From: Christensenellaceae bacterium
GTDB taxonomy: Bacteria; Bacillota; Clostridia; Christensenellales; DTU072
Reading direction: 5' to 3'
Assembly (NCBI GenBank): GCA_031259085.1
Contig: JAIRMA010000004.1
Location: 41,088-105,087, forward strand
Length of the DNA: 64,000 nt
Shown: one piece after another, positions 12,079-22,331 of the stretch
Numbering within the stretch: position 1 is the stretch's first letter
Layout: each line of letters opens with the position of its first letter
The notes under the pieces: model-generated
The model's input: the letters and a program-made list of their open reading frames with translations, nothing else
What the model was told of the DNA's origin: nothing
Databases searched by the model: none
Position numbers and translations under genes: made by a program

Positions 12079-12936
12079 CTACCCTTTAAAAGAACTTATC
12101 TCTGTCAATTCAGTAGTTATTTGTGCTTGTCTCGCCCTATGATATTCTAATTCAAGCGCATCGGTCATTTTTTTTGCGTTATTGGTCGCCTCATGCATTG
12201 TCCTCATTCGTTCACTATGTTCACACCGCACAGACTGAATTAGACAACTGTAAGTTAACCCTATGACATATTGCGGGGCTAATATGTCGAAGACTTGCTC
12301 TGGGGACGGATCAAATTCAAAGTCAGCTTTGCTGTTTTCATTTATATCCAAATCCCCCACAAAATCCTCTTTTAATAGTGGCAACAATCTTAATGTCTTA
12401 GCCACATTCTTCTTATTAACTTCAGAAGTATATATTATTTGGATTTCATCTATCAGGTTCTCGTCATATAAATTAACCAAATCTGCAGTAATCCTACGAG
12501 CATCCTCTAGTGTGGGCTCTTGCGCATAGTAAAGAAATTCGACGTCTGGTATTATACCTTCTCGCCTAAAATATTCATTAGCCATCTGTCCTATAATAAA
12601 AATACTTTTTTCATCTTTTTCTTCGTTTATCACTTTAAGTGAAAAATCCAACACACGATGATTGTATTCTCCAGCCAAACCGTTGTCTCCTGCAATTATT
12701 ACAAATGCAGTCCTCGACGTTTGCCTATGTTGCAAATAAGAATGTGCTATTTCCCCTTTATGATTTAGAATGTCTTTTAATATTTGTCTAACACGCATAT
12801 AATAACGCGTATTCCTTTGATATTTCTCATTAGCTTTTCTCATCTTTGAAACACTGATAAATTCCATAGCCTTCGTTATTTGTGCAGTGTCTTTTATGCT
12901 CTTAACATGATTTTTTATATCAATTATATTTTGCAT
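12079..12936 (-). CDS. atpG: F1 ATP synthase gamma subunit
   Basis: 285 aa, lies between atpA and atpD. Conserved C-terminal QITTELTEI helix. Confidence 0.9.
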   Translation of the reverse strand: MQNIIDIKNHVKSIKDTAQITKAMEFISVSKMRKANEKYQRNTRYYMRVRQILKDILNHKGEIAHSYLQHRQTSRTAFVIIAGDNGLAGEYNHRVLDFSLKVINEEKDEKSIFIIGQMANEYFRREGIIPDVEFLYYAQEPTLEDARRITADLVNLYDENLIDEIQIIYTSEVNKKNVAKTLRLLPLLKEDFVGDLDINENSKADFEFDPSPEQVFDILAPQYVIGLTYSCLIQSVRCEHSERMRTMHEATNNAKKMTDALELEYHRARQAQITTELTEISSFKG

Positions 12937-12953
12937 TTATATGTCACTTCCTA

Positions 12954-14687
12954 TTATTTATATGCATTGACATATTCTGATGTAGTTGTTTTTAATTTCT
13001 CTTCGTCTTCTTTGCTTAATTCGCCGCTTAATTCTATTCTTTTACAGACATCAGCTTCCTGTGATACTATATAATTATAATATGACTCTAAAAACTCATG
13101 GACTTTGTTTTGAGGGATTTTCTTTAAATATTTATTTACTATTGCAAATAAATATAACTCCTCTTTTAATATGCTAAGTGGAGAACATTCAGCTTGTTTT
13201 ATAGACTCTACAATTTTTGATCCATAATTTAATATCTCCTTTGTAGATTCGTCTAAAGAGGATCCAAACTGAGAAAAAACAGCCAGCTCTCGATAGTGTG
13301 CTATGTCTAGCCTCATCTGCGCACTTAGGATCCTCATAAGCTTTGTTTGCGCGGATCCGCCCACTCTACTAACAGACAATCCGACATTGACAGCAGGGCG
13401 CTGACCAGCTTTAAATAACTCACCTTCTAAGTATATTTGTCCATCTGTAATACTTATAACATTAGTTGGAATGTACGCTGCTATGTCTCCAGCTTGAGTT
13501 TCTATGATAGGAAGTGCCGTCACTGACCCTCCACCTAATTCGCTTGATAATTTGGCAGCTCTTTCTAATAATTTACTATGAATATAGAAAATGTCGCCTG
13601 GGAACGCTTCTCTCCCTGCAGGACGCTTGAGTAATAATGAGATAGTCCTGTATGCCACAGCATGTTTACTTAGATCATCATAAACTATCAAAACATCTTT
13701 CCCAGAGTACATGAAATTTTCAGCAATCGCAGCACCCGTATATGGGGCTATGTATTGTAGTGGCGCAGAATCAGACGCTGTGGATAACACAATCACTGTG
13801 TAATTTAAAGCATTATTATCCTCAAGAGTTTTAACAATTTTACTAACAGCAGCAGCTCTTTGCCCAATTGCTACATATATGCATAATACATTTTTATCAC
13901 GTTGATTTATGATAGCATCGATTGCAAGGGAAGTCTTTCCAGTTTGCCTGTCACCTATTATTAATTCCCTTTGTCCTTTGCCAATTGGGATCATAGCATC
14001 AATTGCCAAAATCCCTGTTGACAATGAGTCTTTAACTTTTGATCTATCTATAATGCTAGGAGCAGGACACTCAATACGCCTAGACATTTCAGTCCTAACA
14101 GCTGGACGACCATCTAACGCGTTTCCTAATGGATCTATCACTCGTCCTAAAAGTACTTCGCCTACTGGCACTTCAATTATCTTCCCTGTGGCGTATGCAA
14201 TATCTCCATATTCAACCGCATTGCCACTTAAAAGAATCGCTCCTATACTATCTGTGGTTAGGTTCATTGCCAATGCAAAAGCTTTATTCCCAATTAATAA
14301 GAGCTCGTTATAACAGCAATCAGCAAGTCCATCTATATGTACGACACCATCTGATGCTGATATTACCTTCCCACATGTTTTAAAATCAAGTTTGTTTTCT
14401 ACTATGTTTTTGGAGCACTTTTTCAAAAGTTCAGGAATATCCTTTATTGCTACTCCGTTTTTCATTGAATCAGATATGAGTTTATCTGCTATCTGCTTCA
14501 TCCCGATCAGCTCTTGCGCTGCAGTAGCATCTAATATTTTATCCCCATCTAAAATTGCTATGCCACCTAAAAGTCCCTCATCTATAATATAGTCTATTTC
14601 ACTACCGTCTACATTTAAACCTATTTCTAGTTTTGCCTTTTGATCACGCGTTAATTCTATTGATGATTTAATTATAATTTTACGCAT
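12954..14687 (-). CDS. atpA: F1 ATP synthase alpha subunit with an N-terminal delta (OSCP) C-terminal-domain-like extension
   Basis: 577 aa with Walker A GDRQTGKT. The canonical alpha N-terminus (IPELLKK...GKVISASDGVVHIDGLADC) starts near residue 78. Residues 1-65 (IIIKSSIELTRDQKAKLE...IIDEGLLGGIAILDGDKILDAT) resemble the C-terminal domain of delta. A strong SD (AAGGTGG) precedes the ATG at 14685-14687. Confidence 0.9.
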   Translation of the reverse strand: MRKIIIKSSIELTRDQKAKLEIGLNVDGSEIDYIIDEGLLGGIAILDGDKILDATAAQELIGMKQIADKLISDSMKNGVAIKDIPELLKKCSKNIVENKLDFKTCGKVISASDGVVHIDGLADCCYNELLLIGNKAFALAMNLTTDSIGAILLSGNAVEYGDIAYATGKIIEVPVGEVLLGRVIDPLGNALDGRPAVRTEMSRRIECPAPSIIDRSKVKDSLSTGILAIDAMIPIGKGQRELIIGDRQTGKTSLAIDAIINQRDKNVLCIYVAIGQRAAAVSKIVKTLEDNNALNYTVIVLSTASDSAPLQYIAPYTGAAIAENFMYSGKDVLIVYDDLSKHAVAYRTISLLLKRPAGREAFPGDIFYIHSKLLERAAKLSSELGGGSVTALPIIETQAGDIAAYIPTNVISITDGQIYLEGELFKAGQRPAVNVGLSVSRVGGSAQTKLMRILSAQMRLDIAHYRELAVFSQFGSSLDESTKEILNYGSKIVESIKQAECSPLSILKEELYLFAIVNKYLKKIPQNKVHEFLESYYNYIVSQEADVCKRIELSGELSKEDEEKLKTTTSEYVNAYK

Positions 14688-14747
14688 CTACCACCTTGTT
14701 AGTTATTCAAAATTAGTCGTCGCTAAATTTACATACAATTCAAGAGT

Positions 14748-15260
14748 TTATCCTTTTTTCCATTCGCCCACTAACAGATTGATAACAGCATCATTATCTT
14801 TTTGCCTGAATTCACGATCTATTATTTTAGTAGCCATTGCTACTGCAAGTTCTGAGATCGCTCCAGCCATTGATTCTTTTTCCTCAGCTTCTTTTATCTT
14901 AATCTCTTCTTCGGCTTTTTCAATGATAACGCTTGCTTTCTTTTTAGCTTCACATATGATTGAATCCGCATTAGCATTAGCAACAGCCAATGCATCCTCG
15001 GTAATTTTCACTGCTTCCTTTTTAGCATTATCTAGTAAGTTTTCATACTTTTCTTTTAGCTCCTTAGCCTCCCCTGTTGTTTGTTCAGCTACATCCGCTT
15101 GTGTTGCATATTCTTGTGCTCTTTTGGCCATAAACTTTTTAATTGGCTTATACAATAAAAACCGTACCACAACAACTAAGATCAAAATATTAAATAAATG
15201 TATTAATATTTCTATTAAATTGAGACCTAATGGTGCGGCAGAAATAAGTATCGGCATCAT
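14748..15260 (-). CDS. atpF: Fo ATP synthase subunit b
   Basis: 170 aa. One N-terminal TM helix followed by a long charged Ala/Glu/Lys-rich helix. Operon position matches. Confidence 0.8.
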   Translation of the reverse strand: MMPILISAAPLGLNLIEILIHLFNILILVVVVRFLLYKPIKKFMAKRAQEYATQADVAEQTTGEAKELKEKYENLLDNAKKEAVKITEDALAVANANADSIICEAKKKASVIIEKAEEEIKIKEAEEKESMAGAISELAVAMATKIIDREFRQKDNDAVINLLVGEWKKG

Positions 15261-15280
15261 GATGTAGTCTACCCTCCTAT

Positions 15281-15526
15281 CTACATTGTTATTAACAATA
15301 TAGCAACTAATAAACTATATATAGCAAGTGTCTCTATAAAAGCTAAGCCCATTAATAATGTTGTTCTGATTTTTGAATCTGCCTCAGGCTGTCGTCCTAT
15401 TGCATCTGTTGCTTTACTGATTGATATTCCCATACCAATTCCTGCGCCTAATCCAGTAAGACCTAAAACTAGCCCAGCCCCGAGTGGACCTAGCGATTCG
15501 ATTGCACTTAAAAATTGTAGTAACAT
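15281..15526 (-). CDS. atpE: Fo ATP synthase subunit c
   Basis: 81 aa hairpin with a GxGxGxG helix, RQPE loop and the carboxylate in AFIETLAIY. Confidence 0.9.
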   Translation of the reverse strand: MLLQFLSAIESLGPLGAGLVLGLTGLGAGIGMGISISKATDAIGRQPEADSKIRTTLLMGLAFIETLAIYSLLVAILLITM

Positions 15527-15562
15527 AATTTACCTCTTTTGAATATAATTTTGTTTTTGTTT

Positions 15563-16300
15563 TTATTCTATCGCTTCTTGTGTAAATATAACACTCAAAG
15601 TAGCAAATAGATATGCTTGTAATACTGCATGAAAAAAAGTAGTAATGATTGCGACTGCTGAGGGGATCGCAAAACTCAGAAAAACTGTTGAATACAATAG
15701 TTCCATTATTATAAATCCACTCATGATTGATCCAAAAAGCCTCAAAGACAAGGACAATGGAACCGCTATATCAGACATCAAATTCAATATGTTTGGTACA
15801 TATCTCTTTATCCTTTTTAATTTTTTTTCTCTAAATCCACAAATATTGATAACAATAAAAGCTGCTATTCCACTCGCAAAACAAGTGTTAATACTCGAAA
15901 AAGCAGGTCTTAAGCCCACTAATTCTATAAGAGTACCAGATGCAATAAACATGGCCATAGTGAATATGAATGGTCCCACGAATCCACCATGTTTTTTATG
16001 AAGTGTATTTACTGCGGATCTATCAAAATAGCCAATCATAGACTCTAATATCAATTGTAGGCCTTTGGGATTCTTCTTAAATCTTGGAATTACAAAAACT
16101 CTCAAAATTATTGCGAAAACTATTATTATCGCTGATATTATAATAGCTGTATATAATGCTGGATTTACTTCTAATCCAAAAAATGAAACTGGATCTGGAT
16201 TGATAGCCTCATCTACTGCATGCCCTAAACCCCCACTAAAAGCATCACTAAATTGATCTCTCCAAAAGTCTGTGAATTTTCCACCTAATAATGAATACAC
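15563..16300 (-). CDS. atpB: Fo ATP synthase subunit a
   Basis: 245 aa polytopic protein with the conserved Arg region LSLRLFGSIMSG. First gene of the operon. Confidence 0.85.
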   Translation of the reverse strand: MYSLLGGKFTDFWRDQFSDAFSGGLGHAVDEAINPDPVSFFGLEVNPALYTAIIISAIIIVFAIILRVFVIPRFKKNPKGLQLILESMIGYFDRSAVNTLHKKHGGFVGPFIFTMAMFIASGTLIELVGLRPAFSSINTCFASGIAAFIVINICGFREKKLKRIKRYVPNILNLMSDIAVPLSLSLRLFGSIMSGFIIMELLYSTVFLSFAIPSAVAIITTFFHAVLQAYLFATLSVIFTQEAIE

Positions 16301-16371
16301 ATTGCCACCTGAATTAATATTTTATCAAAAAATTGGCATGAGATTCTTTGAATCCCTTTTTGACAATCAAA

Positions 16372-16399
16372 ATTATACTCTTTTTATTTTAAAAAGCAA
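16372..16399 (-). promoter_or_regulatory. candidate atp operon promoter
   Basis: On the minus strand: TTGCTT (16399-16394), 16-nt spacer, TATAAT (16377-16372). About 70 nt upstream of the atpB start. Confidence 0.35.
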
Positions 16400-16516
16400 A
16401 TAATAATACCTTGTGTTATAATTATTGCAAAGGTAAATATTATGTAAATATGCTTCTACAAATTAATTAGTTTTCACAATCTTTAAATTAATGCTGTTGT
16501 CTCATTGAAACGTATT

Positions 16517-17749
16517 CTATTGAACACCCTGTATGCGCTTGTGGCTTTCCTCTACTATTAAAGTATATTTAACACTATATCTACAATCTCTAAAATAGAA
16601 TCTATGAACTACATTATCTATTGTCAAATCTACGGCCTCATTAACTTTTTGAACTATGGTATAGAGGGTTTTTAAAGGTACTCTCATTTCCGCAGGATTC
16701 CCGTTCAAATCCTTGCCAATGAATCCTATTTCGGAAGTGTTTATAAACAACTCCCCATCACCATTTTCCTCGTATTTACCATCTCTACTAACTGCCCATA
16801 CAACAGAATGTGTCTCATAAAAATTTTCATCGTTTACTAATTCTTTTATCGTTTGTCTCTGATAATCATACCATTGGTCTATCCTTTGGAATCTAGCGAC
16901 ATTTGGTACTTTTGCCAACATTTCCCCATATTCAGTATATTCTATAGTGTTTTTACAAACATTACACGTCAATTCATGATCATTTGATGACATCTCATAT
17001 TCTGTGCCACACTTTGAACATTTGTATAATAGGTAATGAAGACCCTTCGCTGGAGCTTTAGTCTTAAAACGAATGTGGTTTTCCTTTTGAAAAATATGGT
17101 CATTATATGCAAATGCACTCTTAATCCTGTTAAATATATCATTGACTTTCATTGTTTGAAGATCTTGAACAGTAAACAATAACTTTATACTCTGATCTAT
17201 GCGCCCTCTTCGCATTTTAGGCGCCCATTTAGGCAAGGACAAATAACCACCGTTGTTATGACACATTACAACTGGAACGTTTAAAAATTTAACCAGTTTT
17301 GCTATGCTTTGTGTAGTAAAATGGATTTGTCGTCCGTCTAAGGAAATCTTTCCTTCTGGAAATAATGAAAGATTACATCCCATATCAATAGCTTTTTTCA
17401 TTAATCTTATGCTACCTATGTCCATAGAGAATTGACTCATAGGAATAAGTCCCGCATATTTTATGAATGGTTTAACTGCCTTCCATGTTAAGAGATCTCT
17501 GCCACAGACAATATTCAATCTGTGAGGAATCAGAGCTAGCATCATTAATATAAAATCAAGTGCAGAGGAGTGTGTGCCTAGAGCTAGAAAAGGACCTTTT
17601 ATATTTTTAACGGCTAGATCTTTGTGTGTTTTAACTTTCAGTATTATTCTTAATAGAAATCCTAAGAATGGTATAAGCAACCAATATAAGAATTTGCTAG
17701 GATGACGAAGTGGCGTAGTAGCTTCACTTTTGATTTTTTCTTTATTCAT
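16517..17749 (-). CDS. lysophospholipid/1-acylglycerol-3-phosphate acyltransferase family protein with a C-terminal Cys4 ribbon region
   Basis: HX4D motif (HSSALD), FPEG motif, N-terminal TM segments. The C-terminal half contains CSKCG...CNVCKN. Confidence 0.7.
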   Translation of the reverse strand: MNKEKIKSEATTPLRHPSKFLYWLLIPFLGFLLRIILKVKTHKDLAVKNIKGPFLALGTHSSALDFILMMLALIPHRLNIVCGRDLLTWKAVKPFIKYAGLIPMSQFSMDIGSIRLMKKAIDMGCNLSLFPEGKISLDGRQIHFTTQSIAKLVKFLNVPVVMCHNNGGYLSLPKWAPKMRRGRIDQSIKLLFTVQDLQTMKVNDIFNRIKSAFAYNDHIFQKENHIRFKTKAPAKGLHYLLYKCSKCGTEYEMSSNDHELTCNVCKNTIEYTEYGEMLAKVPNVARFQRIDQWYDYQRQTIKELVNDENFYETHSVVWAVSRDGKYEENGDGELFINTSEIGFIGKDLNGNPAEMRVPLKTLYTIVQKVNEAVDLTIDNVVHRFYFRDCRYSVKYTLIVEESHKRIQGVQ

Positions 17750-17759
17750 TGATCCCTCG

Positions 17760-18878
17760 TTATTTTAAGTTTTCTGGGTTTAAACATTCAAGCTCTTCGA
17801 CAACAAAACGACCATCATGTCTTATCAATCTGTCGTCAAAATATATGTCTCCACCACCGTATTCAGGCGTCTGTATTAGAACTAAATCCCAATGTATTGC
17901 ACTGATATTCCCATTATAACAATCATCATAACAGGCTCCAGGAGTAAAATGAATAGACCCGGCAATTTTTTCATCAAACAAAATATCGCCCATTGGCTTT
18001 GTAATAAATGGGTTTACACCGATAGCAAACTCACCCACATAGCGTGCGCCCTCATCAGTGTCAAAAATATTAGTGGCCTGTTTTGTTGTATCATTTGTCG
18101 TTTTAATGTCAATTATTTTCCCGTTTTTAAAAGTTAAGGATATGCCTTCATAGACTCTACCATTATATATAGACGGAGTATTATAGGTTATTATTCCATT
18201 CACACTATCCTTTACTGGAGCGGAATATATTTCACCATCTGGGATGTTGCAACTCCCCGCACACTTTTTACTTCCTATTTTATTTATACTAAAAGTTAAA
18301 TCTGTGTCTTTTGCTGTAATTCTCACTTTGTCAGTTAGATTCATTAATTTTTGTAGTGAATCCATTGCTGTATCCATTTTACGGTAATCTAATGTGCAAA
18401 CATCGAAATAAAAATCTTCAAAGATGGCAGTCGGCATCTTAGCAAGTTGTGCCATCCCTTCTGTTGGCCACCTTAAAACTACCCATTTTGTGTTTTTGAC
18501 TCTAAGCTCATGATGTATCTTATGAGAATACAACCTGTCATATATTTGGGACAATGATCCTGGCACATCGCTTTGCTCATAACTATTATTGCCACCACGT
18601 ATCCCAATATATGCGTCCATCTCAGACATTCTAACCGCATCATATTTAGCCATCATTGTGGCTAGCTCTTCTGTCATTCCGTGCATTATACCACGCTGTA
18701 CCCTCATGTCTGTTATGTTGACAAATGGATATCCCCCCACCTTATATACTACGTCCACGAGTGCATTTATCATATTTGGATCAACACCACGCGCTTCTAT
18801 TAAAACTTTTTCACCTTTTTGCAACTTGCACGAATAATTAACAAGAATGTCCGCCAGCTCCATAAATCTTGAATCCAT
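17760..18878 (-). CDS. aminopeptidase, M29 (AmpS/PepS) family
   Basis: 372 aa. The N-terminus LADILVNYSCKLQKGEKVLIE and overall layout are typical of thermophilic-metalloprotease M29 aminopeptidases. Confidence 0.8.
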   Translation of the reverse strand: MDSRFMELADILVNYSCKLQKGEKVLIEARGVDPNMINALVDVVYKVGGYPFVNITDMRVQRGIMHGMTEELATMMAKYDAVRMSEMDAYIGIRGGNNSYEQSDVPGSLSQIYDRLYSHKIHHELRVKNTKWVVLRWPTEGMAQLAKMPTAIFEDFYFDVCTLDYRKMDTAMDSLQKLMNLTDKVRITAKDTDLTFSINKIGSKKCAGSCNIPDGEIYSAPVKDSVNGIITYNTPSIYNGRVYEGISLTFKNGKIIDIKTTNDTTKQATNIFDTDEGARYVGEFAIGVNPFITKPMGDILFDEKIAGSIHFTPGACYDDCYNGNISAIHWDLVLIQTPEYGGGDIYFDDRLIRHDGRFVVEELECLNPENLK

Positions 18879-18961
18879 TAATATTTATATCTCCTAACAT
18901 TAATCTCTAATTTTCCATTTTCTCTTTGCTCGAGTTGCTTTATTTTATAAGCAGGATGTGT

Positions 18962-19450
18962 TCATTTAGCTCCATTTTTCGGATAATTTAAATTTTCTTT
19001 TTTAGAATCTTTCAAGGTCTTTATATAATAGTTTGACGCGAGCTTAGCTTCATCCAAATTCATGTCATAACAATATCCACATTGTTGTGGAGTGGCGCCA
19101 GGGATGTCCCCTTCAAAATTTACTACGTAATCAAATGCCCTTATTAGCAATTCTAATACATCTTGAGGCATTAGATCCCCCACAATTATTAAATAAAAAC
19201 CCGTCCTGCATCCCATGGGTCCAAAATAGACAATCCTATTACCAAAATCATCATCATTTCTTAAGAATGTCGCGACAATATGCTCTATTGCATGAATTGC
19301 GCCCGTTCCCATTACATCGTCTTTATATGGGCGCCTCATCCTTAAATCGAAGACAGTCATAACCATTCCATCAATGTTGTATTTTTTAGATAAGTATAAG
19401 CCTCTTAATAATTTAAGATGATCTATTTGAAAACTTGAGATAGTTTCCAT
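18962..19450 (-). CDS. luxS: S-ribosylhomocysteine lyase LuxS
   Basis: HAIEH metal motif and GPMGCRTGFY Cys. Start reassigned to METISSF (ATG at 19448-19450), which is preceded by AAGGAG. Confidence 0.85.
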   Translation of the reverse strand: METISSFQIDHLKLLRGLYLSKKYNIDGMVMTVFDLRMRRPYKDDVMGTGAIHAIEHIVATFLRNDDDFGNRIVYFGPMGCRTGFYLIIVGDLMPQDVLELLIRAFDYVVNFEGDIPGATPQQCGYCYDMNLDEAKLASNYYIKTLKDSKKENLNYPKNGAK

Positions 19451-19617
19451 TTTTTCTCCTTGACAAATGTATGATATATTATAATTCATAACCTTGAATT
19501 TTGCAAATTTTTATTTTTTGTCTTTTGTATTATAGAAATGCTATCAATCTGTGTTTAAATTCCATTTTTTTAACAAACGTTTTTGTCTGAATGAAATCAC
19601 GAATAATTGTCTATCAT

Positions 19618-20748
19618 TTAGATTTTTTCATTGGCCGCGCACTCAATAATTTCCATACCATCACCAAATAGCATTTGTGCTATCATTTCCTTTAATTGGT
19701 TGATCCCATCTCCATATTTAGCACTGATTTTAATTACATCCCTTGCGTTAGGTATGACTGAATTCAGACCTTTGTCAGATTTATTTAGTACCAAAATACG
19801 CTTCGCATTCTCTTCAACACCTATCGAAATCAGAGTTTCACAAACAATATCATATTCAACAACGACTGATTCAGATGAGGCATCCGATACTATTAACAAT
19901 AAATCCGCATATTTAGCTTCTTCTAGCGTGCTTTTAAATGCTTCTATTAAGCCGTGTGGTAGACGAGAAATAAAACCTACTGTGTCTGTCAACACTATTT
20001 CTCGATTTTCTTCTAGCCATAATCTGCTTGTCTTAGGATCTAACGTTGCAAACAATTTATCATCGGCTAACACGCCCGCTTTTGTCAGTGTATTCATAAG
20101 CGTCGATTTTCCTGCGTTTGTGTATCCAACTATTGCGACAGTTTTGATTTTATTCTTATTGCGTTTTGCTCTTCGCAATTGACGCTCCTGACCTAGTTTT
20201 CCAATTTTTAAAGTTAATTCCTCTATTTCTTTTCGTAATGTCCTGCGATCAATTTCCAATTGTTGTTCGCCGCCGCCTCTCCGTGCTCCGCCACCTCCTG
20301 CTCCCCCGCCACCTTGCCTAGAGAGCTCTATACCTTTCCCTAATATTCGTGGCAACATGTTTTTTTTTCGTGCTAAATCAATCTGTAATTTTCCTTCACC
20401 ACTAATAGCTCTAGCTGCAAATATTTCTAAGATCAATGTCTTTCTGTCATAAACCTCAATGTCTAAATAATTCTCTAAATTATTTAGCTTTGATCCCGAC
20501 AAATCGTCGTCAAATACTACTAAATCTACATCAAACGTATCCACAGCGTCCTTTAATTCAGCGAGCTTACCCTTCCCTAAATGAAAAGCCTTATCTGGTT
20601 TATCACGTCTTTGATATATTTTATGTACAGGCTCATATCCTGCGGTATTAACTAATCTTGATAATTCAACAAAACATTTTGGGTCTTCTTTAATTGAATC
20701 TACTTTAACTAGAATCGCTTTTTTTAGGATATGTTGATCTTCTTGCAT
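19618..20748 (-). CDS. hflX: GTPase HflX
   Basis: Gly-rich linker, then G1 GYTNAGKST, G3 DTVGF and G4 NKSD. Confidence 0.85.
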   Translation of the reverse strand: MQEDQHILKKAILVKVDSIKEDPKCFVELSRLVNTAGYEPVHKIYQRRDKPDKAFHLGKGKLAELKDAVDTFDVDLVVFDDDLSGSKLNNLENYLDIEVYDRKTLILEIFAARAISGEGKLQIDLARKKNMLPRILGKGIELSRQGGGGAGGGGARRGGGEQQLEIDRRTLRKEIEELTLKIGKLGQERQLRRAKRNKNKIKTVAIVGYTNAGKSTLMNTLTKAGVLADDKLFATLDPKTSRLWLEENREIVLTDTVGFISRLPHGLIEAFKSTLEEAKYADLLLIVSDASSESVVVEYDIVCETLISIGVEENAKRILVLNKSDKGLNSVIPNARDVIKISAKYGDGINQLKEMIAQMLFGDGMEIIECAANEKI

Positions 20749-21119
20749 ATATTACCTCTTTATTTAATTGCTTGTTTTTATCTAATAGTGTAGTACTATG
20801 ATGTGATTTTAAGATTGGAATTTATTAGCTTGCTCTATCCTCTAAAAAGCATCTAATTAAATAAAACACTATAGCATTGTTTAATTTGATAATTATATCA
20901 TATCAAATAATATGATGCTATATTTGAGAGCTACATATCTACAATCTCCCATCTTTTATTAAAAAAATACACTACCTTAAATATCAAATTCAAGATAGTA
21001 TTTTGTTGATTTTTATTAACCAGGCTCTGCTAAATTATAGTTATTTACTGTTAAAATGGAGCTGTTTTGTACTCTGGTACACCATTTCATCAAGGACATT
21101 TTTTTTCGTTGCTTGGTGG

Positions 21120-22331
21120 CTATTCCATCAACTGTTTCAAAACTTGTATCATTTGTTTTTTATCCATTAGCTTTGGTACTGGATACATAGGATTAGCCTC
21201 CTTTAGCGCTCTCTTGACAATAATCTTAAAATCATCCTCCTTGAGACCCTTAATTTTTGTAGGGATGTCCATTGATTGATTCAAATCTTTTATAGCTTGT
21301 ATAAACTTCTGTGCTTTAACCGCAATCGTATCAGATTTTTCACAAATCCCGCCAGCAAAATCTGCTAACCTTGCTAATGGCTTATAAGCACTTTTTCCAT
21401 ACCAATCCAGGATGTATGGTAATATTATTGCATTTGCAAGACCATGTGGTGTACCATAAAGCCCGCCTAATGTGTGTGCAATAGCATGTACGTATCCTAC
21501 AAAAGCTCTCGTAAAAGCTACACCTGCATAATAAGCAGCGATCTGCATATTTTCTCGAGCATCTACGTTATCGCCGTTATCATATGTCTCTTTCAAATTT
21601 TCAAATATCAATTTGGTCGCTTTTGTTGCCATATCACGAGTTAATCCTGTATTACTACGTCCAATATAGGCTTCAACTGCATGTGTTAAGGCATCAACAC
21701 CAGTAGTCGATGTTATATGCTTTGGCAATTTTAAGGTGAGTAAAGGATCTAATACTGCATAATGCGGCACTAAACAAAAATCATTTATAGGATATTTCTC
21801 ATGTGTTACACTATTCGAAATAACAGCAGCTACTGTAGCCTCACTCCCTGTACCAGATGTGGTAGGAATAGCAAAAAATGGAGGTAATGTTTTCAGGATT
21901 TTAAAGTACCCTTTCATTTTCCCGACTGGGGTGTTGGGTTTTACTGCACGCGCACCAATAATTTTAGCACAATCCATAGATGAGCCACCACCAAATGCGA
22001 TTATGCAATCACAATTAGACTCGTTATATATCTTGAGTCCAGCCTCAATGTTATCTATTGTTGGATTTGGCACAGTTTCATCATAAACAGCACACTCCAT
22101 ATCAGCACTCACCATGCTCGCTAAAAGAGGTGCAGGTAAACCGATTTTCATTATCCCTTTATCTGTGACTAATAATGGTTTTTTTAAACCTTTTGATTTT
22201 ATAAAATCAGGAAGCTCAGATAATTTCCCAGATCCACTTATAACCTCTGGCTTGCGGATTGGTAAGATCTTCAATCCAATTGCAAAAAAGAACTGAACTG
22301 TTCTACACCACACCTTAGAACAAATATTCAT
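21120..22331 (-). CDS. iron-containing alcohol dehydrogenase
   Basis: GGGSSMDCAK NAD motif and the His cluster HAIAHTLGGLYGTPHG. Confidence 0.85.
   Translation of the reverse strand: MNICSKVWCRTVQFFFAIGLKILPIRKPEVISGSGKLSELPDFIKSKGLKKPLLVTDKGIMKIGLPAPLLASMVSADMECAVYDETVPNPTIDNIEAGLKIYNESNCDCIIAFGGGSSMDCAKIIGARAVKPNTPVGKMKGYFKILKTLPPFFAIPTTSGTGSEATVAAVISNSVTHEKYPINDFCLVPHYAVLDPLLTLKLPKHITSTTGVDALTHAVEAYIGRSNTGLTRDMATKATKLIFENLKETYDNGDNVDARENMQIAAYYAGVAFTRAFVGYVHAIAHTLGGLYGTPHGLANAIILPYILDWYGKSAYKPLARLADFAGGICEKSDTIAVKAQKFIQAIKDLNQSMDIPTKIKGLKEDDFKIIVKRALKEANPMYPVPKLMDKKQMIQVLKQLME

Noticed and set aside
15281-15526. Possible Na+-specific c-subunit (E-T ... Y in AFIETLAIY).
   Set aside because: The helix-1 Gln of the known Na+ signature is absent (GIGMG instead of G.GQG), so ion specificity cannot be called from sequence. 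The default H+ assumption is retained.
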